A stretch of 64,000 bases of DNA from an uncultured virus (IMG/VR IMGVR_UViG_3300030044_000012) (IMGVR_UViG_3300030044_000012); one strand, 5' to 3'; positions 1 to 10,935 are shown, counted from the stretch's first letter. The notes: generated by a model from the letters alone, not told the origin. Made by a program: numbers and translations.

Positions 1-328
1 CGGTCGGCTGGTCATGATTCACACCCTTGGAGCCCCACATGGCGACCAGTTTTGCGCGTTCCAGACCGAGTACGCGGACTTTCAACAGGTCAGCCTTGTC
101 GCCCGGTACTTCAATGTCTTCGAGGCTGTCGATGAGGGTGGTGGTCTTGGGCGTGTCGTCCAATTCATCGACAGCCTCATCCTCCTTATTGCAACACGCG
201 CACCCAGAATAGCCGACGACACCACCAAAGAGGTCGTCATCTTCCCGCTTGGTTGCGAAGGCACCCAAGGCTAATCCGGTCAGAAACGCAAAAAGCCCAA
301 ACCCCGCTACATGCTTCGAAGTTGCCAC
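1..328 (-). CDS. hypothetical protein, runs off the left edge
   Basis: GTG at 328 after an AGGAG SD. Open frame (MATSKHVAGFGLFAFLTG...) to the window edge. Confidence 0.55.
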   Translation of the reverse strand, partial: MATSKHVAGFGLFAFLTGLALGAFATKREDDDLFGGVVGYSGCACCNKEDEAVDELDDTPKTTTLIDSLEDIEVPGDKADLLKVRVLGLERAKLVAMWGSKGVNHDQPT

Positions 329-615
329 GATGATTCTCCTTATTTCCAATTGACTGTGTTGCAAAGTGTGATAAGGGTAATGGTCAACATGACCATCCTC
401 CTCAATGTGTGGCGTGAATAGCCTCTAATGCGTCATTGAAGTTGGTGTAATGGACAGGCTCCGTTGCAATGGGTCAACCACTTGTTTGGCTTCATCAATG
501 GCTCCAAAAGGACGCCAAAGCAGCTTCCCTTCCACCCGTGCCATCACGTTAAACATAGGTCTCCTATGCGAACCTTGCCGGGGCTTGTCGGCCCCGGCCT
601 CAGGCCCGTCTCGGG

Positions 616-1587
616 TTAAGCTGCTGCGGCCTTCGCCTTTGCGGCTTTCTTCGCCTTCTTGGCGGTTACAGCAGGGGCGTTCAGCGAAGCAGCCAGAACA
701 CTCATGATGTCCGTCTTGGGGTCGGCGACCGGGGCAGCAATGGGTGCTGTGAGAGCCGTCACCTTACCTTCAATCTTGTCATTGACGAGACCCTTGAGGG
801 TGCGGATGTAACCATCGCTGTACTCAGTGGGGTCGAAGGTGTCCGTCAGGGCGTCGATGAGCATCCCGGCGATTTCGACTTCCTTGTCATTGAGGGTAGT
901 CGTCGCCCACTTGTCGAAATCACGGACTTCATTGTCGAAGTACATGTAGTGAGCGGTGATGCCATTCTTGCCGTAGGGGCGGAGAATCAGAGTCTGTTCG
1001 CGGCCACGTTGATTGGACTTGGCGATGGCGACCACACCACGGGCAATCATACCACGCCGGAGCAGGTCGAACGGCTTGTCGAAGCCCTTGTCGGCTGCGA
1101 CGTATTCGGCGGAGGCGAAGTAGATGGGGTCGATTTCGCTGACCTTGACAAACTCGACAATCTCCATTCGCTTGTCGGAGCCGACCATGCAGGACTTCTT
1201 CTCCTCATCGGAGATGACAACAAACTCATCTTCGGTGACCTTGTAGCCTGACAGAATCAAGTCGGCAGCGATTGCCTTATTCTCGGCGTCAACCATGCCA
1301 CCCTGCTTCAACTGGGCGTACTTGGGTGCCGCACCCTTCGTGACTTCCTCAGGGTTGGTAACGTAAACGCGATTGAAGGAGACCTTCTCTTCGTCGGTAG
1401 CTTTGAACGTTTTGATACCCAACGTCACCAGACCGAATGTTAGGACGCCCGTCCAATTGGCACGGTCAGCGAACTTCTTCTCGGTGGGGGCGGTACTCAG
1501 TTTCGGCTTCGCGGCGGTCTGTCCCATGAGTTGAGCGGAGAGGGCGGCGACAGCGGCGGCATCGGGAGCGGATTTCTTAATAGCCAT
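616..1587 (-). CDS. ku: Ku-like DNA end-binding protein
   Basis: RANWTGVLTFGLV and IVEFVKVSEIDPIYF match prokaryotic Ku. Basic Ala/Lys tail. Confidence 0.9.
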   Translation of the reverse strand: MAIKKSAPDAAAVAALSAQLMGQTAAKPKLSTAPTEKKFADRANWTGVLTFGLVTLGIKTFKATDEEKVSFNRVYVTNPEEVTKGAAPKYAQLKQGGMVDAENKAIAADLILSGYKVTEDEFVVISDEEKKSCMVGSDKRMEIVEFVKVSEIDPIYFASAEYVAADKGFDKPFDLLRRGMIARGVVAIAKSNQRGREQTLILRPYGKNGITAHYMYFDNEVRDFDKWATTTLNDKEVEIAGMLIDALTDTFDPTEYSDGYIRTLKGLVNDKIEGKVTALTAPIAAPVADPKTDIMSVLAASLNAPAVTAKKAKKAAKAKAAAA

Positions 1588-1620
1588 ACCGTTAGTATAC
1601 CTGCGAACCTTCGTTTTTGG
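1588..1620 (-). promoter_or_regulatory. phage promoter CCAAA-N14-GG-TATACT, leaderless
   Basis: TATACT lies 6 nt before the Ku ATG and 16 nt after CCAAA. The same geometry occurs at three other sites. Confidence 0.75.
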
Positions 1621-1717
1621 ATACTTTTTTCAAAAACTTTTTGAGAAATTTCGGGGGAGCCATTTAGGTTCCCCCGATTAAGGGAGTGTTTGGTGATTAA
1701 GCGGGAGCTTACACCCC

Positions 1718-2941
1718 TTAGAAGTCGTCTTCCTCATCGTCCCAGTCGTCGTCAAAGTTCGAAGAGTAAGAGGAGGAGGCGTAGGCCGGTACGGCTCCGG
1801 GCTCCGGGTAGGTGACGCCTTGAGCCTTGGCAATGGCTGTCAGAACCTTGTCGATGTCTTCCTGCGTGGGATGCAAGCTCCGCTCCACGTTGTAAACATC
1901 CTTGAGTTCCATACCTGAGGCCGCACGTACCTGACCCAAGGTAAGCCCTGCCGCTTCACGAGCGAACCGCAGCGGGTTGTCAAACAACTTGGATTTTGCC
2001 GGAGCAATATCCAACCGCGAGAACTTGCGGAGCCAGCCCGTCAACCGTTCGGTCGAAGCCTTGGTGAAGCTGGCCTCAGTCATAACCCCCCGCTTGAGGA
2101 GACGCTTCACAGTCGGCAGAGCCTTGACCTGCTTGATGAGAGCATAGCGTTCGGCGGCGACCTCGACAATAGGCTGCATCATGACCATGGTATCAGTCCT
2201 GCCTTCAATCATCTCATCCGGCTGAACCTCCCGTATCACTTCATACCGCCACGTCCGCCCCTTGGAGTAGTTGTAGTCAATCGGAATCGCGACCACATCA
2301 GCCGGGTTGATTTTAACTTCCATGATGCGGCACTTACCCCTCTCCCAGCCACCACCATAGTGAGGCAGATAGCTCCTTGAGCAGAAGTGAAGACCCTGAG
2401 AGCAAGTGTTGCGACGGTCAGGGTTAACAGCAGACCGGGGCATAACAACAGGAGGGCAACCCGGACGGTTGTTAAAGGTGCGGGTATAGATGTCTTTGTA
2501 GTCCCTGCCCACCTTCTTGTACGCGAGGAAGCAGCCATCGTCGGTCAGAGCGAAGCGGCCAGAGTTCAGCCATTCGTAAATCTCGTTGACCGTAGCCATA
2601 TCCGGCTGCTGATACAGGTTGTCCATGAAGCGGAGCCAACCGGCGACGGACTTGCCGTGTTCGATGAGTTCCTGAATCTTGGCCGACAGGGTGTTGTCCA
2701 CCTTCTGCCCCTTGTAGAAGACACCATCAGCGGTGATTGCAACCTTGCCATGCGACTGCTCCGCTAGTTGAGCGCTGAGCGTCACCAGCTTGGGAATACG
2801 CGACCACTGGCGACGTTCCAAGGCTTGGTGAAGCTTCTTGAAAGTCGGCTGGCCTTTGGATGCCTGATGCGGTTTTCCATTTACCACCACGCACACGTAA
2901 TTCGGTTGAAGGACATGTGGCATTGCTGCACTAGTAGACAT
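1718..2941 (-). CDS. rIIB: rIIB-like protein with C-terminal XRE-type HTH
   Basis: FMDNL, LTDDGCFLAYKKV, CSQGLH and VKINPADVVAIP.DYN..KGR motifs. Follows rIIA. Confidence 0.85.
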   Translation of the reverse strand: MSTSAAMPHVLQPNYVCVVVNGKPHQASKGQPTFKKLHQALERRQWSRIPKLVTLSAQLAEQSHGKVAITADGVFYKGQKVDNTLSAKIQELIEHGKSVAGWLRFMDNLYQQPDMATVNEIYEWLNSGRFALTDDGCFLAYKKVGRDYKDIYTRTFNNRPGCPPVVMPRSAVNPDRRNTCSQGLHFCSRSYLPHYGGGWERGKCRIMEVKINPADVVAIPIDYNYSKGRTWRYEVIREVQPDEMIEGRTDTMVMMQPIVEVAAERYALIKQVKALPTVKRLLKRGVMTEASFTKASTERLTGWLRKFSRLDIAPAKSKLFDNPLRFAREAAGLTLGQVRAASGMELKDVYNVERSLHPTQEDIDKVLTAIAKAQGVTYPEPGAVPAYASSSYSSNFDDDWDDEEDDF

Positions 2942-5381
2942 TGACAGTCTCCTCTTCCTCTTCGGTTTCTTCGGTAGCTATTTGCACATCGGCCAAAACC
3001 AACCGCTTGTTCCGTTCGTCGGTCGTCCGAATATAGTCTACCACAACAGTCTTCTCTTCTATTGTACCTGAACCATAGTTACTTTTGGAGCAAACTTTTA
3101 GCATGGGGTAGTTCCGATTCACTACCTTTATCCACGCCTGATTATAGTCGGCGGTGTTGCTGATGTTTATGTCGAGTTCGGAAGCGAGGTTGGCCAGACT
3201 CCTATGCCCAGTTCGGTCGGCTTTCTCCGCCTTATCCAGAGCCAGAGCGAACTGGCGGAAGGGGCTGTCCACAGAGAGTAAATGCGGATGCTCCGCCACA
3301 TACCCCATAGCGAACTTCCAAGTAGAGATGAACGGCTTTACAATCAGGCTGAGTTCCATCTCCTTGGCCGGAGTCAATATGCTCTTAATCCGCGATTCCA
3401 CAAAGGGCATGATGCTGATGAAGGAAGGGTCGGATATCAATTTGGAGTCCACCCTGACACCGAACACCGGAGTTGACGCAGTTATTTCCGGGAAAATGTC
3501 CGACTCACGAACCCGACTCAAAAACCTAATGAAGTTTCCGGCGTCTTCGCTGAACCGCGAAGGCAACCCTGCCACATTCGCTCCACCCTTCTCCACGAGT
3601 ACATAGAACTTGAGCGACGTGGGGTCATTAAGGGTAGCATTATCGTCCCCTTTTTCCCACTGCTTCTTCCAGCCATTACCCCGGCGAAAGTGGGTGGTAT
3701 AGGTTGGCAGTACACGCACGTTAGACCGTTCGCGTTTAACTACTTCCAGAGTCTTTTCGGCCTTCATCATAGGCTCATACTTTGCCTTGAGGTCAGATGC
3801 CTTGACTACGGGCGGGTTTCCAAGGTGGTCAAGCAGAGCGAGGGCTTCATCCCCAGCTTGATGCATGGGGATAGTTCGCTCACGCCGGGTAATCACCAGA
3901 GCGCGATTGTACTTGGTAGACTCCAGTGAATACTGGAGCATGTAGTGAACGTACCTATCGGCCACCGTTTTGAGGTCGTTAATCACGAAGATGACCCGGT
4001 TCTCCACATCCACTTTGATGTCAAAATCAGCCTTCTTTGCGACGTTCGACGCCACGTCACGATAGGCAATCGCCCTTTTGGCGGGGGTGGCGTTTTCGAA
4101 CAGGGGCTCCTTCTTAGCCCTTTTGGCCGACTTCCGTTCAGCGGTGCGGAAAGCCACCACTTCTACATGCTGGTAGTCCAGTTCGTTGAGGGTGACCTTT
4201 GCACTACCGAGGGTGAAATTGGAGTATCCCCCCAATAGCAACCCGCGATTATAGGCGTCGTTGACCAAAGTGCCCATCCCGGATTGCATGGACAACTCAT
4301 GAATTTTGAGACGAGCCTCCCACCCCGTATTGCAAGCATCAATCTGCTTCTTGATTTCTTCCAGCAACTTGCTTTGCACAACATCCAACCGCTTCAGGAT
4401 GTTATCGATGGTGTCACCGATAAGGCTCAAAGCCTCGCGGGATGCAGCCGGTTGTAATTCACCCACGTTGAAGAATAAGTCAATGGGCATCCCGAACAGC
4501 TTCTTTTGAGTCTCAGACAAACGGCTGCTGTCGATGTTGCCAACTGCGTACTGTACACAACCCATGATTGCCCGGAGGCCGTCCCCTTGTTCGGTGTCGG
4601 CATAGTCACCTTGCCGCATACCCCAAAGAGGGGTTCGAACCGAGTATTGCGGTGTATTGATGTTGACCGGCTTGTTCAGCTTCGGTCGCGGTTCGAAGAA
4701 CTCGAACACCGAAGCTGCTTTGTTTTCAAACTCCCAAATGTTCTGAGGGTTGACAGGGAAACTGACCGTCACACCGTTTAAAGCATCAGGGGTATCCATC
4801 GGCTCACCCATCATGACCAACTCCGGTAGCCCCTCTTCGCCAACAAAGGCATTGTAGAGGAAGGTCTGGCCGTTGTAACGATTGGTGACCACAAACCCCC
4901 CTGTGACACCACTGCTGTTCAGATAGGCAAATGGCGACTTGGAGCCGAGGCCGAAGCCCCCGATGGCATCATTGGATTGCTGCTTGTCGCTGGCGAAGTA
5001 GGTGGAGTGAAGCCGCTTCACAGCGTCGTAGTCGCCGGTAGCATCGCACTCATAGCATAGAGAGTCACCAGTCATGCCGGTACCATGGCAAGCCTCACAC
5101 CCACCCTTGGTAAACCGCATCCCAGTACCATAGTCGGTGACACTGAAGAATGGTTCAAATTGAGTAGGAAGGTGGATTTCGAAAGGGAGGTTATGCTTAA
5201 ACGCCGCCGTGTGAGAGTCTTTGGCGTTGCAACTCAGTTCGCGAATGACAGCGCGAATCTTGTCGTTGTACAGGTTGTCAGACATGGTTCTAAACAGGAC
5301 AGGGGAGGTTCTAACTTTGAAGCCGGATGGTTTGGACGTTCCTGAAACCTTGGTCACTGTTCCCGCTGTTTCCAATAGCAT
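2931..5381 (-). CDS. rIIA: rIIA-like protein (GHKL ATPase N-terminus)
   Basis: LY.DKIRAVIRELSCNA.DSH, DYGTGM and IGGFGLGSKSPFAY motifs. Confidence 0.88.
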   Translation of the reverse strand: MLLETAGTVTKVSGTSKPSGFKVRTSPVLFRTMSDNLYNDKIRAVIRELSCNAKDSHTAAFKHNLPFEIHLPTQFEPFFSVTDYGTGMRFTKGGCEACHGTGMTGDSLCYECDATGDYDAVKRLHSTYFASDKQQSNDAIGGFGLGSKSPFAYLNSSGVTGGFVVTNRYNGQTFLYNAFVGEEGLPELVMMGEPMDTPDALNGVTVSFPVNPQNIWEFENKAASVFEFFEPRPKLNKPVNINTPQYSVRTPLWGMRQGDYADTEQGDGLRAIMGCVQYAVGNIDSSRLSETQKKLFGMPIDLFFNVGELQPAASREALSLIGDTIDNILKRLDVVQSKLLEEIKKQIDACNTGWEARLKIHELSMQSGMGTLVNDAYNRGLLLGGYSNFTLGSAKVTLNELDYQHVEVVAFRTAERKSAKRAKKEPLFENATPAKRAIAYRDVASNVAKKADFDIKVDVENRVIFVINDLKTVADRYVHYMLQYSLESTKYNRALVITRRERTIPMHQAGDEALALLDHLGNPPVVKASDLKAKYEPMMKAEKTLEVVKRERSNVRVLPTYTTHFRRGNGWKKQWEKGDDNATLNDPTSLKFYVLVEKGGANVAGLPSRFSEDAGNFIRFLSRVRESDIFPEITASTPVFGVRVDSKLISDPSFISIMPFVESRIKSILTPAKEMELSLIVKPFISTWKFAMGYVAEHPHLLSVDSPFRQFALALDKAEKADRTGHRSLANLASELDINISNTADYNQAWIKVVNRNYPMLKVCSKSNYGSGTIEEKTVVVDYIRTTDERNKRLVLADVQIATEETEEEEETVNVY

Positions 5382-5685
5382 GAGTTTTTCTCTCCTGCCA
5401 TCAGTATACCGGATATACCAAGGTTCCAGCTAGTAAATTAAGAAATTTTTTCAGTTTGAAGGTTTTTCAGCGAATCCCGGAGTGCCTTTTGAGCCCGATG
5501 CACCAGAACCCCATACAACAGGGTGGCCGCAAGTCCTACTATCGAAGAAAGAAGCGGGTAGACCAACAGTATCGCTGGATTGAAGAGGTGGGCGATAACG
5601 AGAAGGATGGTTGCGATTGCAGCAGCCAGTCTAACCCCATGTGTATACCCGAGACCCATTGCCAACTTTTGAGACACGACAAGTT

Positions 5686-6108
5686 TCACTTTCCTGCTCT
5701 CCTCGGTACAGCCTTCATGGGTCGTTTTTCCTTCTTCACTTTGGGTACCTTGGGCTTCACGAAGAAGATGCTTGGGTACTCTGTCATGTGGAATTGGTTC
5801 AGGTCGGATATGGGGTGAGTACCCCACCCCGGAAGAGGCTCTGGACCCTTCCAAACAGCCATGATGCCGAGGGCTATGCATTCCAATGACCCCGGCCAGA
5901 ATCCTGTCCACCGTGCGAAGGCAGGGTCATGTGACCGGCAACTGCATTGAAGCCGTTGTCCACCACAGGCGGAGCAGCGTTGCACATCGCAATTGACGCT
6001 GTGGATACTTCCCGGCTTAACTCCACAATCAGGACAATCTCTCAACTTTGGTTCAATGCCAAACTTGACCAGCACCTTTTTTAACTCATCGAACTCTGCC
6101 CAAGGCAT
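5686..6108 (-). CDS. hypothetical Cys-rich protein
   Basis: CPDC, CSAC and CSC motifs. Fits the gene tiling. Confidence 0.6.
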   Translation of the reverse strand: MPWAEFDELKKVLVKFGIEPKLRDCPDCGVKPGSIHSVNCDVQRCSACGGQRLQCSCRSHDPAFARWTGFWPGSLECIALGIMAVWKGPEPLPGWGTHPISDLNQFHMTEYPSIFFVKPKVPKVKKEKRPMKAVPRRAGK

Positions 6109-6794
6109 AGACTACCCTTTCGCTACCGGCTCTTGATTAAGCACCCTGATTTTAACAGTCCGTAACCACTCTATGTCAGCGGCTGTGAACCTGCACTTGT
6201 GTAGTTCTACAACATTCCATGGAGCGGACACCATAGCTAAGCCGCACTTCTGGCATACTTCCTGAGGTTGCTCCACAATCTGCTCCTTATCCGCTGACAC
6301 ACGCACAAGTACAATGTACCCAACCGCGATGACAAAAATCGGCCAAAGGTTTAAGACGTTGTCCACAAACATTAGTATACCTCAAATCAGGGAGGATGCG
6401 TACCCTTTGCAAATGTCACCCCATCGTTCAATGTCGCCACGATAGCCTAATTTTTTTGCGGTAACGAAAGAAGATTCAAGCACCTCCGTCCAATCTGATG
6501 TTCTCACCAATTGGACACCAATCCACCGAAATTTAGGTTTAGCTTTTGTGTACTTAGTAGCATACTCTTTTGCGGTGGCCTCGGCCAGCTTGATGATCCC
6601 CATCAAATCCCCCAAGTAATCTAGGCTCTCTGGGGCTTCAGGTAGAGAATCAACAAACTCCTGACTGGCAAAGTCTATTCCGCAGGACTTGCAGATACCC
6701 TCATCGGTAATGTCAATGTGTTTGCATTCCATATTTTCTAAATACTGAGTTCTTAGGTATACGGGGAGCACCCCCATCACAGAAAAGAGAACAC

Positions 6795-7799
6795 ATGAAA
6801 GAACTGAACGTAATCGAGTTCGCTGAGCGCGAACTTGGCATGGTTTCTGGTCTAACGTTGTACCCCATCCAGCAAACTCTTCTGAAAATCATCTTCGGTG
6901 TCCCACTCGACTTCCAACCTCAAACCATTGAAGTATGGGACGACCTCCATGAAACTAAACTGTACACTCTGTCCGAACCCGACTACTTGAAGATGTGCTT
7001 CGAGGAGCAGAAGTGCAACTATGGCGACTGGCAAACACTCCCCGCCAAAGGCTTCAATGAGGCGCATCTATTCCAAGGACGCCGGGGTGGAAAGTCTACT
7101 CTACTCATGGTCTCCATCGCATATAAACTTTACCGTACTCTACTCCTTGGTGACCCACAGCGATTCTTCAATCTTTGTCCGGGCAGCGTGATCGACCTGA
7201 GTCTCGTCGGTATGGATAGCGATGGTGTTCGCCGGATGCATAAATCCCTGCATGATTACTACATCAATCGCACCGAAATCTTCGCATCGTATCTGGCAGC
7301 TTACACCCCCGGCAGGAGCATTGGGTTTTTCACAGAAGCCGACCGGCTCCGCAAGAACAGCTACCCTTCAGTTAATATTGGAGCGTACCCCTGCACAGCC
7401 AACGTCATGAGAGGACCGGCCAGCATTGGTTTGTTCTATGATGAGTTTGCCCACTACACCAAGGCCAATGATTTGTATTGTGCCTCGACTCCGGCCACGA
7501 TGAACTACCGCAATGAGAGTGGTGACCATTCGCTCATCATGTCGGTGTCTTCCCCATGGCACACAAACGGAAAGATGTTCGATCTACACGACATGGCATT
7601 TAGCCTTCGCAGCATTTTCACGCACAACGAGACTACAGCCACGTTGAACCCCGGAGTCGCCCCGTACATGCATCTGCGTCAGCAGAAGGAAAAGGGCAAC
7701 CACTATTTTGATTGTGAGTTTGGTGGGAAGTTCCTTCACAAAAACAAGACGATGACGCTGAAGGAATACCGGGAGGATATTGGGAAGGGCTCGTTGTGA
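6795..7799 (+). CDS. terminase large-subunit-like ATPase domain (no nuclease domain)
   Basis: LYPIQ Q-motif, Walker A GRRGGKS, Walker B LFYDEFAH, motif III SVSSP, and a terminal CEFGG.F. Confidence 0.75.
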   Translation: MKELNVIEFAERELGMVSGLTLYPIQQTLLKIIFGVPLDFQPQTIEVWDDLHETKLYTLSEPDYLKMCFEEQKCNYGDWQTLPAKGFNEAHLFQGRRGGKSTLLMVSIAYKLYRTLLLGDPQRFFNLCPGSVIDLSLVGMDSDGVRRMHKSLHDYYINRTEIFASYLAAYTPGRSIGFFTEADRLRKNSYPSVNIGAYPCTANVMRGPASIGLFYDEFAHYTKANDLYCASTPATMNYRNESGDHSLIMSVSSPWHTNGKMFDLHDMAFSLRSIFTHNETTATLNPGVAPYMHLRQQKEKGNHYFDCEFGGKFLHKNKTMTLKEYREDIGKGSL

Positions 7800-7810
7800 G
7801 CCCTTCTTTT
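7784..7810 (+). terminator. intrinsic terminator
   Basis: GAAGGGCTC-GTTGT-GAGCCCTTC followed by TTTT at the end of the plus-strand gene. Confidence 0.75.
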
Positions 7811-7815
7811 ACAGC

Positions 7816-9279
7816 TTAGTCTTCCTCATCGAAGGTGCCGTGGTACTCACCTTCAACTTCAGTAGTACCCACCGTAAACAACCCGAGGTTCTCAGCTTCG
7901 GCGGCATACTCGGCATACTTGTACTCGTTTATTGCAAAATCAGGGTCGGTGAAGACCGGGGTTAGGATAGAGTACAACCGATGCATATTAAGCCGGTCGG
8001 TATTGTCCTTGTTGTCATCATTGGAGCGACGTTCCGCTTCAGCCCACCACATGAACAACTCCTGCTTGAGTGGGTTCTTCAGAATGGTCTGCATCATCTC
8101 CGCGTGTGAATCCATTTGAACATCAACTTCGGGCTCAGTAAACTGGTTGATAATCTGGTCTTCACCAGCTTCCAGCCTGAGGAATTTCTCGTGGGCTACT
8201 TCCGAAGCACGAGAGAGTTGCTCACGTTCACGCACTTCTACTGGCTTTCCACTTTCCTTGATGTTCAACAAAAACTCAATGATTTCACCCTTCACGATGT
8301 TGAGATAACCATACCAACTAGTGCCGGGGTCATACACTACATCCCCGATCCTCTTTGGGCTATAGACTACTCTCAGCAACTCATCGCGTTCAATATCCGT
8401 CAGCTTGATTTCATTGTTGAACATATCGCGAAGAATGGTTTGGAATCCAAGCTGGCGGAGAATCTTTGCGGCGGTCGCACGCAGAACTGCACGCTGTGTG
8501 AGAGCACGTTCGAGGATGTCCACTTCAAGGAATACGTGAGGCGGTGCAGCCCCCGTCTCCTCGTACGCAGTCTTGCCTAGCACATCTCCTGTGTCGAGTT
8601 CAATGTAGACATCAGAGATAGGCGTGATAGCGTAGTCGGCAATGAGACCAAGCAGGTCTGCCCGGAATAGATCGAACAAGCGGATGGCAACCCCGTTTGG
8701 AGTTCCAACCTGATTGAAATAATTGGGGCATTCTTCCTTGATTAACTTCCACAAGTCTTCATCGGGCCAATTCTTTACTTCACGAGCGTCCTGAGCCACG
8801 AGAGAGCACTCACACTGCAAGTCAGTATGAGCGGTTGGGATTTCGAGACCCTCCTTATGCACCATATCAGGGAAGATGCGAAGGTACCAATTGCGTAGGG
8901 GACAGAGTTTATCCGGGTGTGAAATAAGCGTGTAGAAGTAGCGGCCTTCGCCGAGGGTCTCGGCGTACTGCTCCAAATCTGCAATGGTACTGGTAAAAGT
9001 GCCATCACTGGAGATGTACTGCTTACCCACCATAGCATCTCCGCCGAAAACGGCACGACGGTTGACAATAAAGGCGTTCTCAATTTTCACGAAGCGGGGG
9101 TCATGTATAAGTGCCCAAGTAGGACCGAGGGTCTCAACATACCCCCCTTCACCAAAGACTAGGGCATCCAGTAGCTGACAATACTCAAATTCTTCTTGTG
9201 TTACTTCCCCGGAAACAAAACGATACGTGCGTTTACCTTCGTCTTCTAAGCCCAAAAGACGCTTAAGTGTGATGTCCAT
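7816..9279 (-). CDS. hypothetical protein (487 aa, acidic)
   Basis: Long ORF with no recognised motif. Confidence 0.75.
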   Translation of the reverse strand: MDITLKRLLGLEDEGKRTYRFVSGEVTQEEFEYCQLLDALVFGEGGYVETLGPTWALIHDPRFVKIENAFIVNRRAVFGGDAMVGKQYISSDGTFTSTIADLEQYAETLGEGRYFYTLISHPDKLCPLRNWYLRIFPDMVHKEGLEIPTAHTDLQCECSLVAQDAREVKNWPDEDLWKLIKEECPNYFNQVGTPNGVAIRLFDLFRADLLGLIADYAITPISDVYIELDTGDVLGKTAYEETGAAPPHVFLEVDILERALTQRAVLRATAAKILRQLGFQTILRDMFNNEIKLTDIERDELLRVVYSPKRIGDVVYDPGTSWYGYLNIVKGEIIEFLLNIKESGKPVEVREREQLSRASEVAHEKFLRLEAGEDQIINQFTEPEVDVQMDSHAEMMQTILKNPLKQELFMWWAEAERRSNDDNKDNTDRLNMHRLYSILTPVFTDPDFAINEYKYAEYAAEAENLGLFTVGTTEVEGEYHGTFDEED

Positions 9280-9386
9280 TATTGACTAACCCTTTCGCTG
9301 GGAAATAGAAACTCCCAATACGGTGTTCTTATGTAAGGGGCCTTCGCTCCTATACAATCTAATACCCCACTAAGGAGGATTTGCTC

Positions 9387-9464
9387 ATGGACTTTTGTCT
9401 AAATCAAGCCTCAACCGCTGTACTAACCGTGTTGTATGACTTTGGAGATACTGCGACAACTTAG
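9387..9464 (+). CDS. small 25-aa ORF MDFCLNQASTAVLTVLYDFGDTATT
   Basis: Strong TAAGGAGG SD before the ATG. Followed by an anti-16S motif and a long hairpin. Confidence 0.45.
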   Translation: MDFCLNQASTAVLTVLYDFGDTATT

Positions 9465-9757
9465 AAAGGGGGTGATCTTATATCTACCGAACGCCCTCGG
9501 TAAGTTTGGTTGGAGTGAACCAAATTTTACTGAGGGCGTTTGTGTTTCACCAGATTGCGTCTTGCGTCCGTGACACCGATGAATCTATCAAGAGGCCCTT
9601 TCATGAGGATGATCTTTCATCCAATCCATAAGGTTGAAAATTGCGAACCCTAAGACCAAGATAAACAACCCCCACATGAAGCTGTGTTCTTTGATCCCGG
9701 AGATGACACCAAAGAACACAGCGAGGATGACATTTTTGTTTGCGTTGAATCTCCAAC

Positions 9758-10531
9758 TCATATCGTCACCGTCTTTTCAAAGTGGGCGGCAATCCCGCCT
9801 CCTTTGATTTTAATCGTCCAACCATTCATGTCGATGAATGTCTCACCACGATTAGTGGAGAACATGGGCTCGATGGCGATACGCATCCCCTTCGTGAGTT
9901 CCACAGGCGGAATGTCAGGCAATAGAAACGTCCCGGAGTTCCCCTCACGTTTCTCGGTGTGATAGGTCACCTCGTTTGGGATGAAGGGTTCCATGTGAAG
10001 TTCAGTACCGATGCCATGCCCACCATAACCATGGATGACTGTAATCTCGTACTGCTTCGCTACAGCCTCTATAGCAGCCGCGATGTCATTGGTGGTGGCT
10101 CCGGGCTTAGCCGCCGCTACACCGGCATCCAGAGCCTCATGGGTGGCCTTTATAAGGCGTCGTGCTGAGGCCGACCCCCTGCCAATGAGGACTGTGGTCG
10201 CCCCATCGTCATATTGACCCTCGGCGTCCTTAATGCCGCAGTCAATCTTCACCACATCGCCATCTTCGAATGGTCGTGCATCAGGAATGCCATGGATGAC
10301 TTCCCCATTGATGCTCACGCAGAGAATGTTTGGGTATGGCTCGTTGAAGCCCTTCGGCTGATACCCCTTGAAGGCAGGTTCGACCTTGTAAAGCTGCATA
10401 AGCAATTCAGCATATCGCTCAAGATCGTTGCCGGTACGGCCTTCGTACACAGACTCGGCGAGGGTGGCGAGAATCATCTCTAGTGCTGTCATTTCTTCCA
10501 TGGTTATTTCCAGTCCCTCCGATGCCATCAT
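9758..10531 (-). CDS. map: methionine aminopeptidase (M24A)
   Basis: CVSINGEVIHGIP, DGDVVKIDCG, GHGIG..LHMEP, AIEPM and AAHFEKTV motifs. Confidence 0.93.
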   Translation of the reverse strand: MMASEGLEITMEEMTALEMILATLAESVYEGRTGNDLERYAELLMQLYKVEPAFKGYQPKGFNEPYPNILCVSINGEVIHGIPDARPFEDGDVVKIDCGIKDAEGQYDDGATTVLIGRGSASARRLIKATHEALDAGVAAAKPGATTNDIAAAIEAVAKQYEITVIHGYGGHGIGTELHMEPFIPNEVTYHTEKREGNSGTFLLPDIPPVELTKGMRIAIEPMFSTNRGETFIDMNGWTIKIKGGGIAAHFEKTVTI

Positions 10532-10935
10532 TGAACCACCGGAGCCCGTTGAAAGTCTTCAATCTGCTCTTCCACTTGAGCAACGATGGCCGGAACATCA
10601 AGTGTGTTCTTTTTCCCTGCTGCAATAGCGGCCTTCAACTCCTGCTGAGAGATAATTCCAAGTTGACGTGCCCGGATCAGAGCGACCATGGAGCGAAGGT
10701 CTTCCTTACAAATGTACTTGTAAAGAATCCAGATATGAGAGCCGTAGATTTCCATGTCATCCAAGTGCAGCATCGGGCCGAAACCACCTAAGGCTGACTG
10801 TGGATCAATGGTGGCCCCTTGCCGTAAAAGTTCATTGAGAACAATTGCGGCTCCGATGATGCCCTCAGACATCTTAACCATCCCCGTCAAGGGGGAATCA
10901 TCTAACGCAACTCTTCCTACTGCGTACCTTCTCAT
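10528..10935 (-). CDS. hypothetical protein
   Basis: Coupled to map through a 4-nt overlap. Confidence 0.65.
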   Translation of the reverse strand: MRRYAVGRVALDDSPLTGMVKMSEGIIGAAIVLNELLRQGATIDPQSALGGFGPMLHLDDMEIYGSHIWILYKYICKEDLRSMVALIRARQLGIISQQELKAAIAAGKKNTLDVPAIVAQVEEQIEDFQRAPVVQ

